Shown here one piece after another: positions 7,985 to 16,968 of a stretch of 41,264 nt of DNA (positions within the stretch are counted from its first letter, which is position 1; every line of letters begins with the position of its first letter). The stretch spans positions 1 through 41,264 of the forward strand of contig CAWVYD010000001.1 of assembly GCA_963934185.1 (NCBI GenBank). Direction: 5' to 3'. Source of the stretch: an uncultured Legionellaceae bacterium. Its GTDB lineage: Bacteria > Pseudomonadota > Gammaproteobacteria > Legionellales > Legionellaceae. The notes under the pieces were generated by a model. It was not told where the DNA came from. It saw nothing but the letters and a program-made list of their open reading frames with translations, and ran no database searches. The position numbers and the translations under genes were made by a program.

Positions 7985-9730
7985 ATGCCGCAACACAAAA
8001 ACACTTCTGTTATTTATCAACGTTTACTTAACTACGTTCTGCCTTTTAAAAAGGTGTTGGTGCTTGGCATCATTGCCAATGTGCTCTACTCCGGGGTTGA
8101 TGCGGGCTTTACCTATATGATTAAGCCGTTAATGGACAAAGGCTTTAGCGGTGAGCACTTGGCGTTTGTTAAGCTTATTCCTTGGTTTATTTTAGTGGGG
8201 ATCACGTTTCGAGGGTTTATTAGCGGGGTTGCGGGTTATTGCATGACTTGGGTCTCACGCAAAGTGGTGATGGTGCTTCGTCAAAAGGTGTTTCACCATA
8301 TTTTGTATTTGCCAGTGTCGCATTATGATGAGTGCGCATCCGGTCAATTACTGTCAAAGTTATTGTATGACGTTGAGCAAGTCGCGCAAGTAAGTGCCGA
8401 TGCATTAACCACCTTTGTGCAATCAAGCTGTTTGATTGCGGGCTTACTCACGGTTATGTTTCTGATTAACTGGCAGCTGTCATCGTTGTTTTTAATCACG
8501 GTGCCTTTGATTGGTTTGGTGGTCAATTACACCAATAAAAAAACGCGGAAAGTGTCACATGACGTGCAAAAATCGATGGGCAGCGTGACAGAAATTGCCT
8601 CTGAAGCCATTGATGGCTACCAAGTGGTACGTGTTTTTGGTGGGCAGGGAGCCGAGCAACATCGTTTTGATGATGCAACGCAAGACGCACGCAAACGCGA
8701 CATGAAAGTCGCTAAAATAAAACTAATTAACGTTGCTGGCGTTCAGCTTATTATTGCGCTTGGTGTGTCTGGCATGGTGGGTATGGCGATTTATTTTTCG
8801 GGTGAGACACAAATTGGTGCCGGTGGTTTTGTTTCCATTCTTGCCGCAGTTTTACAGCTAATAAAACCAATGAAAGATCTCTCAACCGTTAACAGTACGA
8901 TTCAACGCGGACTGGCTGGTGCTGAAAGTGTGTTTGATTTATTTGATTGCCCGCTTGAGCCACAGCAAGAAAGTGAGACACTACAAAGGGTGCAAGGCAC
9001 CTTAGAATTTAAAAATGTATCGTTTCAATACAAAAGCAATAAGCGTGTATTTGATGGACTTAATTTAATCATTCCTGCCGGTAAGACAGTGGCTTTGGTT
9101 GGGCGCTCTGGCAGCGGGAAATCCACGTTGGCACACTTAGTACCGCGATTTTATGACATTCTTGACGGCGAAATTCTGCTTGATGGGCATAACATAAAAG
9201 AGATGGGTTTACCGGCACTACGTCAAACCATGGCGTTGGTGAGCCAAAATGTGATGCTGTTTAATGACACCATTGCAGCAAACATTGGTTATGGTCAGTC
9301 AGAGGTTAGTTTAAGCGCTATTAAACAAGCAGCAAAACGCAGTTACGCCTTTGATTTCATCAATGACTTGCCGGATGGTTTTAATACCATTGTCGGGGAA
9401 AACGGTAATTTACTCTCGGGTGGGCAGAGGCAGCGAATAGCCATTGCTAGGGCGTTGCTAAAAAACGCACCGATTTTGATTTTAGATGAAGCAACATCTG
9501 CGTTAGATAATGAATCAGAACGTTACATCCAAAAAGCGCTTGATGAAGTGAAGCAAGGGCGTACAACGCTGGTGATTGCGCATCGGTTATCGACCATTGA
9601 AAAAGCCGACTTAATTGTGGTGCTTGATGACGGCTGCATTGTCGAGCAAGGCACGCATCAAGCGCTGCTTGCAAAAAATAAGCATTATGCGAGCTTGTAT
9701 CATTCTCAGTTTGACGAAGTAGCTCGGTAA
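7985..9730 (+). CDS. msbA: Lipid A export ATP-binding/permease protein MsbA
   Basis: N-terminal six-helix ABC exporter domain. Walker A GRSGSGKST, signature LSGGQRQRIAIARAL, Walker B ILILDEATSALD. Followed by lpxK. ATG 7985 preferred over GTG 7940. Confidence 0.9.
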   Translation: MPQHKNTSVIYQRLLNYVLPFKKVLVLGIIANVLYSGVDAGFTYMIKPLMDKGFSGEHLAFVKLIPWFILVGITFRGFISGVAGYCMTWVSRKVVMVLRQKVFHHILYLPVSHYDECASGQLLSKLLYDVEQVAQVSADALTTFVQSSCLIAGLLTVMFLINWQLSSLFLITVPLIGLVVNYTNKKTRKVSHDVQKSMGSVTEIASEAIDGYQVVRVFGGQGAEQHRFDDATQDARKRDMKVAKIKLINVAGVQLIIALGVSGMVGMAIYFSGETQIGAGGFVSILAAVLQLIKPMKDLSTVNSTIQRGLAGAESVFDLFDCPLEPQQESETLQRVQGTLEFKNVSFQYKSNKRVFDGLNLIIPAGKTVALVGRSGSGKSTLAHLVPRFYDILDGEILLDGHNIKEMGLPALRQTMALVSQNVMLFNDTIAANIGYGQSEVSLSAIKQAAKRSYAFDFINDLPDGFNTIVGENGNLLSGGQRQRIAIARALLKNAPILILDEATSALDNESERYIQKALDEVKQGRTTLVIAHRLSTIEKADLIVVLDDGCIVEQGTHQALLAKNKHYASLYHSQFDEVAR

Positions 9731-10683
9731 TGGGCTGGCAGGATTATTGGCAAAAAAAAAGTGGGCTGATGGCTTGCTTATTGCCATTATCATGGCTTTT
9801 TTACGGTGTTACGCAATTACGAAAATACGTTTTAAAGCGTTCATCCGTTAAAAGTTCGTTGCCAGTTATTGTGGTGGGAAATATTTCAGTGGGCGGTAAT
9901 GGTAAAACACCGGTACTCATTAGTATTGCAAAGTATTTAACGAACAATGGTTTAAAAGTAGCGATTGTTAGCCGAGGTTATAAGGCAAAAACGAAAACGT
10001 TTCCGTGTTGGTGTGATGAGGCGAGCGATCCACGTTTATGTGGTGATGAGCCGGTTATGATCGCAGCGAATACGGGGTTACCAGTGGTGGTTGACCCCAT
10101 TCGAACACGCGCAGTAGAAGCCATTGAAGCAAGCGGAGGTTTTGATGTTATTTTGTCCGACGATGGCTTACAACATTATAAAATGGACCGTTTGTTTGAA
10201 ATTGCGGTGGTGGGCAGCGCGCAGGCGTTAGGAAATCAATGGTTATTACCCGCGGGGCCATTACGAGAACCTTTGGCCCGGCTTGCAACGGTTGATTGGG
10301 TGCTTGGTGATAAACGCATGCCTTATGTTCAATACGGCATTAATGCAAAGCCTGAAGGGTTGTATGAGCTAAAGTCGGGTAAGCGAATGGAAACAAAATT
10401 TTTTTCAGGAAAAAAGATACAGGCCATTACTGGCATTGCTTTACCAGAACGGTTTTATCAAAGCTTGCAAGAGCTAGGGCTTAAATTTTCAAGTAGAAGC
10501 TTTACTGATCATCATAATTTTAGCGTCGATGATTTTACACCTTATTTAAACGATCTCATTGTGATGACGGAAAAAGATGCGGTAAAGTGTCGTACTATGC
10601 CGCTAGAAAATGCATATGTGTTAAAGATTGCATTAAACATTGAGGCTACATTTTTAACTGAGCTGTTAATCAAATTAAGGTAA
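9730..10683 (+). CDS. lpxK: Tetraacyldisaccharide 4'-kinase LpxK
   Basis: P-loop VVGNISVGGNGKTP plus SRGY and DDGLQH motifs. Its start overlaps the msbA stop (TAATG). Confidence 0.9.
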   Translation: MGWQDYWQKKSGLMACLLPLSWLFYGVTQLRKYVLKRSSVKSSLPVIVVGNISVGGNGKTPVLISIAKYLTNNGLKVAIVSRGYKAKTKTFPCWCDEASDPRLCGDEPVMIAANTGLPVVVDPIRTRAVEAIEASGGFDVILSDDGLQHYKMDRLFEIAVVGSAQALGNQWLLPAGPLREPLARLATVDWVLGDKRMPYVQYGINAKPEGLYELKSGKRMETKFFSGKKIQAITGIALPERFYQSLQELGLKFSSRSFTDHHNFSVDDFTPYLNDLIVMTEKDAVKCRTMPLENAYVLKIALNIEATFLTELLIKLR

Positions 10684-10687
10684 AAGT

Positions 10688-11716
10688 ATGCAAGCACGTA
10701 CGAGCGTTTTTTTGATGATGATTATGGTCTGCTTTAGCGTTTTGGCTGTGGAGCCGGACTTGAAAATGTCGCAAACTGCGCCGATTAGTGATCCGCTTAA
10801 TTTAACCAAAGACAGCGGTCTCCATCCGGCAGCCACTAATGAAAGCTGGTATATCTCTGGCTTTGTTGAAAATGAACAATCGGATAAATTTGCCTATTAT
10901 TTTGTGGTTCATCGGGTCAATGGGCAATTTTCTTATTTCACGCAAGTGCTTTCCATGCAAACAGGGCAAGTCATCTATAAAAGCACGGAACAGGCTGAGC
11001 TTTCACTTGCGACCCGTCAAGGCATTAATTTTAAAATTGGCGATGGCTTTTTGCGTTATAACGATATTAATGATAGCTGGACGTTTGGCGTGGACAGTAA
11101 AGAGGGTTTTAACCTAAGGGTTGAATCGTTACCTATGCACTCGCAAGCGATAAGCCATTTAAATAATGTCTCGTTTTATAGCTTGCAGAGTAAGCGAGTT
11201 AATGGGCAGCTTAGTAAAAAAAATAAATCAGAATTTGTTACCGCATCAAACGCTTGGGTAGCGCACCAATGGGGTGAACCAAAGCCCCAAGCGAATATTC
11301 AAGTAGAACGTTTGCTGTGTCGATTTTTAGACAATCAAGGCGTCATGATGGTGCGAGCGCATCAAGGTAATGATGTGGTGTTTTCACTTGCTGATCTTCT
11401 CGATAATTATGGTGAAAGCCACCCTGTCTCTCAATTTAGTATTATCACTCAAACAGATAAATCGCACTGGAATGTCAAATTGGTCTCGCCTAAAAAAGGC
11501 TTTGACGTGCTAACGGAAAAACCGTTTAAAGTGGCTCAAGGCAACGCAAGTACGGATTATTATTTAGGCGTTGTTCAAGAGGCAAATGAAAATGCGGGTA
11601 GCTGTATGATTATTAAAGAAAACCCTATCATTGTACGAGCCGATTCGGCTGTGCCAGCTAAAGGTGCGGATAAATACATGGCTAAATTACGCCAAAGTGC
11701 GAGTTTGATGCATTGA
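10688..11716 (+). CDS. Secreted AttH/CrtC-like (lipocalin-type, carotenoid 1,2-hydratase fold) protein
   Basis: Signal peptide is present. KDSGLHPAATNESWYISGFV...FAYYFVVHR matches the family pattern DHGxHPxxxxEWWYxTG...TFFR. Starts 4 nt after lpxK. Confidence 0.5.
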   Translation: MQARTSVFLMMIMVCFSVLAVEPDLKMSQTAPISDPLNLTKDSGLHPAATNESWYISGFVENEQSDKFAYYFVVHRVNGQFSYFTQVLSMQTGQVIYKSTEQAELSLATRQGINFKIGDGFLRYNDINDSWTFGVDSKEGFNLRVESLPMHSQAISHLNNVSFYSLQSKRVNGQLSKKNKSEFVTASNAWVAHQWGEPKPQANIQVERLLCRFLDNQGVMMVRAHQGNDVVFSLADLLDNYGESHPVSQFSIITQTDKSHWNVKLVSPKKGFDVLTEKPFKVAQGNASTDYYLGVVQEANENAGSCMIIKENPIIVRADSAVPAKGADKYMAKLRQSASLMH

Positions 11717-11810
11717 TATTTCCCTATGATAAATCCACAACTCACTTGCCACAGCGCAAACCATGTCTTATATCCTCTTTGGCTAAACCCCCTACTGACA
11801 CGGTGTTTGT

Positions 11811-13025
11811 CTAAGGGGAAGCAAAAAACGATTTTGTTGATGCTAATGGGCGAACGATCGCCGGACTTTTCGAAGGCTGTGGTTGCATTGGTTTAGGCTC
11901 TAATGCAAAGAATGATAGGGCTGAGGCGACATGACTGTCAATGGATTTGAAAAGTGTTTCTGCTGAATTTTTTTCAGTCATGCCCTTTTTTGGTGGTGCT
12001 ATTTCAGCAGCAGATTCAGAGGCGGCTGGTATTTTTTGAGACAAGGCATAAGCCAGGCCTAAAAATTGATAAGGGCTGCTTGGACTGCGCGAGCAAGTTT
12101 TTGTTGGGCTATCTGATGAGGTTGAATTTAAAAAAGTGAGTGGTGATTGTCTATCATCAAACCGCCTTTGTTTTTCGTCATGTTCTTCAGAAAATTCTGA
12201 AGGCACTAAAATTTCAAAAGAATGTTCAGCATCAATGACATTAACTTGGGGAGTACTTTGTTTGAAAGCTTCAATAAATGCTTTCCATTCAATTTTTTCT
12301 TCTGAGGTTGGTGGACTTGGAGAGTAATCGATGAGTAGGCCTTTATCCAACCACTGTTTTGAATCATTTAAGCAGTGTTCTATCAAACCTGCTGGTGCAA
12401 CGGCTTTTGCATCTAAAGGAAAGGGGTTGGCTAGACTTCTGATAAACGTTTCTGAAATATCAGGTAATGAAAACATGTTGCCTGTTACTTTTTCTTCAGG
12501 ATTATAACTGGCATGCCGAATGAGTAGCGCAATATTAAAGGCAGAGACGATCGTTTCAGAGCAAGCCAGCCCTGTGATCTCTCCCGCTTCTCGAGGAATT
12601 GAAGGCAAGGCGTTGGCCATATCAAGGTAATGGGAATAGTTTTGTACATAGGTTGATTTTGCGTACGCTTCTTGAATTTTTCTAGCGAACTTAGGGGTAT
12701 AACCGTTTCTGTCTTCGAGTCTATCCATTAGGCTTTCACGCCTTTTATCGGTTGTAAAAGGAATTTTTTGTTCAACCCAATTTAGGATAATACCTAGAGC
12801 TATTTGAGACAGTTCAGTATCGATGGGGCGAAGGACTTGGTAGTTGCAACTAAAATCAGGTTCACGTAAATACGTTATCATGACGCCGCGATGAGGTACA
12901 GTAGTTGCATGGACAACGTAGTGGGTATCATTTTTTTTGCTTACATACAGTGCCATGTGTTCCGGGATACCATTGGTATCAAGGAAATAAATAACGTCAC
13001 CCATTTTTAACTCATCAGCGTTCAT
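11811..13025 (-). CDS. Hypothetical protein with an N-terminal permuted NlpC/P60 (papain-like) domain and a Ser/Pro-rich tail
   Basis: GDVIYF-x8-HMALYV-x10-VVHAT is the typical His/polar half of NlpC/P60, here at residues 9-41. The candidate nucleophile GLACSETIV (Cys155) follows it, giving a permuted order. The last ~120 residues are low-complexity. The functional call is tentative. Confidence 0.45.
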   Translation of the reverse strand: MNADELKMGDVIYFLDTNGIPEHMALYVSKKNDTHYVVHATTVPHRGVMITYLREPDFSCNYQVLRPIDTELSQIALGIILNWVEQKIPFTTDKRRESLMDRLEDRNGYTPKFARKIQEAYAKSTYVQNYSHYLDMANALPSIPREAGEITGLACSETIVSAFNIALLIRHASYNPEEKVTGNMFSLPDISETFIRSLANPFPLDAKAVAPAGLIEHCLNDSKQWLDKGLLIDYSPSPPTSEEKIEWKAFIEAFKQSTPQVNVIDAEHSFEILVPSEFSEEHDEKQRRFDDRQSPLTFLNSTSSDSPTKTCSRSPSSPYQFLGLAYALSQKIPAASESAAEIAPPKKGMTEKNSAETLFKSIDSHVASALSFFALEPKPMQPQPSKSPAIVRPLASTKSFFASP

Positions 13026-13222
13026 GTTCTTGTCTTTTCGGTTTAAATTTGGATCACTGTACCATTTGCTGTCGAAAAGATCAACTTATCATCTTGTTTC
13101 AGGGCGCGCCACCTGATTGCTCTTTATCTGATCTTGCATGGCTTTAAAGGATGAAAGTGAAGACTTTAAATGATTCGATTTAGTCAGTTTGTGAGCGATC
13201 TCAGTATAAGTTTATCCCCGCC

Positions 13223-13247
13223 TTTCCAAGGAGCTTGGGTATCTATG
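13223..13247. repeat. Solo end of the dispersed repeat family (TTTCCAAGGAGCTTGGGTATCTATG)
   Basis: Nearly identical to the copy at 19264-19288, including the trailing CTATG. Abuts the truncated SprA-related remnant. Confidence 0.75.
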
Positions 13248-13600
13248 CCGGGGCGCCATCTTACCGTTATCAACGCGGACCAGATGGTCAATCTTATGCG
13301 CTTGGCGGAGAAGTAAGCATTAATTCGTCTGGCGTTGCCTCCGCTTCCAAAGCCAACATTTTGAAAATGGAAGTGGTGCGGAGAGCTGCATTGGCGCCGG
13401 TAGAGTCTTCAGATCAATATATGCGTGTTATTTAAGCAGCTTCAGCCACGCCAATACAAGCGTAAGTAGTACTTGCAACACAAGCCCGTGATGCAAAAAG
13501 TAGTAATGTTAAAGCCGATGATGAAAGCAAGGCGAAGGCTGGCAGTGACGATGAAGCTACTGGTAACGCATCAGCCAGCGCAAAAGGAAAAAGTTTTGCT
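13235..13600 (+). pseudogene. Remnant of an SprA-related family (PF12118-type) gene, 5'-truncated and with in-frame stops
   Basis: AGAPSYRYQRGPDGQSYALGGEVSINSS...KMEVVRRAALAPVESSDQ matches the conserved core of the family. The upstream RDxEVRAHExAH segment is missing and replaced by the repeat end. In-frame TAA codons occur at 13433 and 13463. The 3' limit is approximate. Confidence 0.6.
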
Positions 13601-13673
13601 CAGTTAAAAACAGAACGTTTTATTAAACGTGTCAGCCTCTCAGCCCTCATCGTTTTCCATTCGAGTTTGAAAC

Positions 13674-14489
13674 TTATTTTTGTCCCAATACGACAGCAAT
13701 ATTCATAGTGTCTCTAAAAGGAAAGTTAAGGTGCTTTTCTACCAATTTTTTAAAACTAAAACGCACAAAATTAGCGGAAATAAGAGGGTGAACTAAGCCG
13801 CTGGCGAACCAGCCGCCTTGCATGAAAAAGTCATACAGTGCGCTTGAATCTTCAAAGTCCACTTCAATGGTCATTTCTTTTTCATCAATAATTTTAAGTT
13901 GATGAGAGGCAAATTTTTGCTTCAAATCATTCATGTCTTGTGGCACAAATACGGTTTCAAAAGTGGCGTCGATGTGCTTGCGTAATTGTGTGGCGATAAG
14001 AGACTTGGACGTTGCGTATTTTTGATAGGCGGCCATGATCTTAGGGAAGGAGTTAAAGGTGTTGGTGACCAGTGAGACATAACCATCATTCATCGTTAGG
14101 GATTTTGCTTGCGATAAAATAATGTTGGGTTCTACGTAGGCGCAAACAAAATGCGCTATCGTTAAATTAAATTGTTGCCCTTTAGTGAGTTGCACCGCAT
14201 CTGAAATGTCGCCATGATAAGTCTCACAAGCGAGAACGCTTTGCGCTTTTTTTAACATATTAGATGATATGTCGATGCCGCCGACGTGGGCCTTTGGGAA
14301 TAATTCTTTATATGGTTTTATGTGAATACCATCCCCTATGCCTAACGCTAAAAGTGACTGGATATCGTCCGGGGTGGTATGTTTGGTGATAAGATTCTGC
14401 GCAGTAACATTGGCACTGCGTAATACGGTTTCGCTTAAATCTTGGTTGTAATGTTTGGCGACAGTATCATAAACTTTTTCAATTGACAT
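13674..14489 (-). CDS. Class I SAM-dependent methyltransferase (unknown substrate), last gene of the ATP-grasp operon
   Basis: Motif I LLALGIGDG, post-I GGIDISSNMLKKA, motif II-like FNLTIAHFV. Its start overlaps the upstream ligase gene by 11 nt. Confidence 0.75.
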   Translation of the reverse strand: MSIEKVYDTVAKHYNQDLSETVLRSANVTAQNLITKHTTPDDIQSLLALGIGDGIHIKPYKELFPKAHVGGIDISSNMLKKAQSVLACETYHGDISDAVQLTKGQQFNLTIAHFVCAYVEPNIILSQAKSLTMNDGYVSLVTNTFNSFPKIMAAYQKYATSKSLIATQLRKHIDATFETVFVPQDMNDLKQKFASHQLKIIDEKEMTIEVDFEDSSALYDFFMQGGWFASGLVHPLISANFVRFSFKKLVEKHLNFPFRDTMNIAVVLGQK

Positions 14490-15432
14490 TTTTCCACTCT
14501 CTTTTTATAAAATCTATTTTATCTTGCAGCGAGTCATCAAACTCCGATGCGCGTTTTCTTGCTTGCTCAAATCGTTTTACTAAGCCCGTTCTATTGGCTA
14601 TTTGAATGTTTAGCCCTGGCCTAGCATTGAGTTCGAGCATTAGTGGCCCCTGGTGTTTATCAAGCACAATGTCCACACCTAAGTAGCCAAGTTCCGTTAA
14701 GTCATAAAAGTGTGAAGCCATTTTTAAAATAGTATCCCAGTTTGGCACTTGAATACCGGCGATATTATTCAATGTATCGGGGTGAATGTCTATGGTTTCG
14801 TTATGATGCACGCCACCCATGGTTTTGCCGCTGACTAAATCAATGCCAACACCTATGGCGCCCTGGTGTAGATTAGCTTTGCCGTCGGATTGCTGGGTCG
14901 GCAAGCGAACCATTGCCATTAAGGGGTAGCCAAGGAAGACTATCAGTCTTAAATCTGGTACGCCTTGGTGACTGATGGTTTCAAACACGTTATCAACAAT
15001 GACTCGTCGCTCTATGAGCGCTCTGTCTGGGTAACCCGATAAACTGTAAGCGCCAGAAAGGGTGCAAGACAGATGATATTTAATGTCATCTATGGTCAGC
15101 AACTGGCCGTTTGCTTTGCGAAATTTATCGCGCACTTTTGCAGTAATGACTAAAATGCCATCGCCACCAGCGCCGTGCGCGGGTTTTATAACAAAGTCAT
15201 CATAAGCGGCAAGCGTCTTTTCTATTTCTGCTGCTTGGTGTTCATTTTCAACGGTGGCATACAGCGTAGGTACGGCAATGCCTGCGTCTATGGCCAATTG
15301 TTTTGTTTTTAGTTTGTCGTCAACAAGGGGGTAAAGTTTGCGTGAATTATAGGGCAAGATAAAATCGGCATTACGTTGATTAATGCTTAAAATGCCTTTG
15401 TCTTTGAGTGCTCGGTACCAAGAAAAAATCAC
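14479..15432 (-). CDS. RimK-related ATP-grasp ligase (alpha-L-glutamate ligase-like protein)
   Basis: N-terminus GILSINQRNADFILPYNSRKLYPLVDDKLKTKQLA is characteristic of the RimK-related/ATPgrasp_ST group. ATP-grasp core FVIKPAHGAGGDGI...ELNARPGL. 4-nt overlap with the upstream gene. Confidence 0.8.
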   Translation of the reverse strand: MIFSWYRALKDKGILSINQRNADFILPYNSRKLYPLVDDKLKTKQLAIDAGIAVPTLYATVENEHQAAEIEKTLAAYDDFVIKPAHGAGGDGILVITAKVRDKFRKANGQLLTIDDIKYHLSCTLSGAYSLSGYPDRALIERRVIVDNVFETISHQGVPDLRLIVFLGYPLMAMVRLPTQQSDGKANLHQGAIGVGIDLVSGKTMGGVHHNETIDIHPDTLNNIAGIQVPNWDTILKMASHFYDLTELGYLGVDIVLDKHQGPLMLELNARPGLNIQIANRTGLVKRFEQARKRASEFDDSLQDKIDFIKREWKNVN

Positions 15433-16946
15433 TTGATTAACGCCTTAAAACGAAACAGTTCAAACAGACGGTAGCCTCGGTATTGACCAAAGCTAAGGAT
15501 TAATGCCAGTAAAAAAAGGAGTAATTCAGGGAAGGCAAAAAACAGGTATTGAATTTCTGAATTATTCATAACAAGGTAGCAAATACTTGCTGCACATAAG
15601 CTGCCGGTGCCGGCGGTGATAGCGTCAAGTGCACCGCGTTCATCCCAGGTAATGCACATGCGTTCAATCACCATGGTTAAAATGACCATGGGGAATAAAG
15701 CGACGGATAAGCCGCTGTTGATGGTTAAGTGTTGCGAAATGATGCTGATGAAAATCATTAATAAGACGACAATGGTTAAAATACTGGCGAGCCTTGGTAC
15801 AACAAGTAATTTGAGCTGGTCTAAGTAAAACCTGGCGAGCAAACCAAAAGAAACGATAAAGGTAAAAAGGGTTATGCCCCAAATAAGATGCGTCTCTCGA
15901 AAGGCCAAGGCGATCAGTACTGGCATGAAGGTACCAAAGGTTACCAGGCCAATGAAATTTCTCAGTAATAAAATGATAAAGGCGCCAATGGGAACGGTAA
16001 GCAAAATTTTATAGGTTTGTTGAAGGTTAAGCGGTAGTTGCAATAAGGAATATTTGATTAAGTTTGATTCGGTTTGCGTGCCGCGAATTTTGGCAACGCT
16101 TAAGGCGTTTACTGAGGTAGGGGATACGGTTAAATTTAAAGAGATTTTTTTTCCACCAGATAATGCATACAAAGGCGCGTCGCCATATTGCCATATTAGA
16201 AAATCTTCGGGTAAATGCTTAGCCCCTGTTTTTGGATTGATAAAGAGCCATTGTTTGTTGCTTAATACCATTAACCAGGTGTCAAAATCAGCGTGTTTCT
16301 TATTGATCAAGTGCAGACCTTTCACGCTTTTTGAATGGATATGTGCCTGATTTAATACTTTAATGGCGGCGCTAACAATGGCTGTATTGGATTTATTGCT
16401 GCCGATTAATAGGCGTGCGTTATCACTGCCTTCTCTTAATTGTTTAATGGTAAATTGCGCGAAGGTTTGAATGTCTGATGAAGCCAGTCGTGCAGAGGCG
16501 CTAATGGATTCAACGGCTGATCGTTGAGCGTCGCTTAGCGTATGAGCTTTCATTATTTTAGGCACCTTTAAAGGGGCTTCGTTATGCTTTGCTTTTCTAA
16601 AGATGGCTCGGTAATACAATGATTGGCTACCTGTGGCGCGTCGTTTAGACCATATCGTTTCTCGGTTAGCACCATCTAAATTGGTCAAGACGCCATAATT
16701 ATAGGACACAAAATACTCATCTAAAATGGCATAGTGTGGCGGCATATTAGGAATGGTTAAGTGTGCTTGAATGGGTTGATTGGGCAGCGCCTGAAATTTT
16801 AAATTGGCCTCAATGGTCCAACTTTCAACCTCTTTATCTGCGGTTAAGGGAACGTCTAGAATCTGAAATCGATAAATGAAAATCAATGCGCTAATAGTAA
16901 ATAATACAGCGATGAGCCCATGAAGATGTCTTTTTCTGGAAAGCAT
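15429..16946 (-). CDS. Membrane protein: N-terminal TM helix, periplasmic inactive-transglutaminase-like domain, C-terminal 7TM block
   Basis: The architecture can be read from hydrophobicity: one TM near residue 10-30, a ~290-aa soluble region, then about seven hydrophobic spans. Its position between the retropepsin-like and ATP-grasp genes fits the known triad. Confidence 0.7.
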   Translation of the reverse strand: MLSRKRHLHGLIAVLFTISALIFIYRFQILDVPLTADKEVESWTIEANLKFQALPNQPIQAHLTIPNMPPHYAILDEYFVSYNYGVLTNLDGANRETIWSKRRATGSQSLYYRAIFRKAKHNEAPLKVPKIMKAHTLSDAQRSAVESISASARLASSDIQTFAQFTIKQLREGSDNARLLIGSNKSNTAIVSAAIKVLNQAHIHSKSVKGLHLINKKHADFDTWLMVLSNKQWLFINPKTGAKHLPEDFLIWQYGDAPLYALSGGKKISLNLTVSPTSVNALSVAKIRGTQTESNLIKYSLLQLPLNLQQTYKILLTVPIGAFIILLLRNFIGLVTFGTFMPVLIALAFRETHLIWGITLFTFIVSFGLLARFYLDQLKLLVVPRLASILTIVVLLMIFISIISQHLTINSGLSVALFPMVILTMVIERMCITWDERGALDAITAGTGSLCAASICYLVMNNSEIQYLFFAFPELLLFLLALILSFGQYRGYRLFELFRFKALIK

Positions 16947-16968
16947 TTAATGTTCCTTGGTTAACTTG

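Noticed and set aside
8220-9793. Antisense ORFs of 60-75 aa inside msbA/lpxK (8220-8426, 8344-8526, 9447-9674, 9611-9793)
   Set aside because: They lie entirely within strongly supported genes on the opposite strand and have no motifs. This is typical shadow-ORF behaviour. The same reasoning applies to other nested ORFs in the track (e.g. 3454-3774, 15607-15882, 27200-27427, 34519-34800, 39756-40364).
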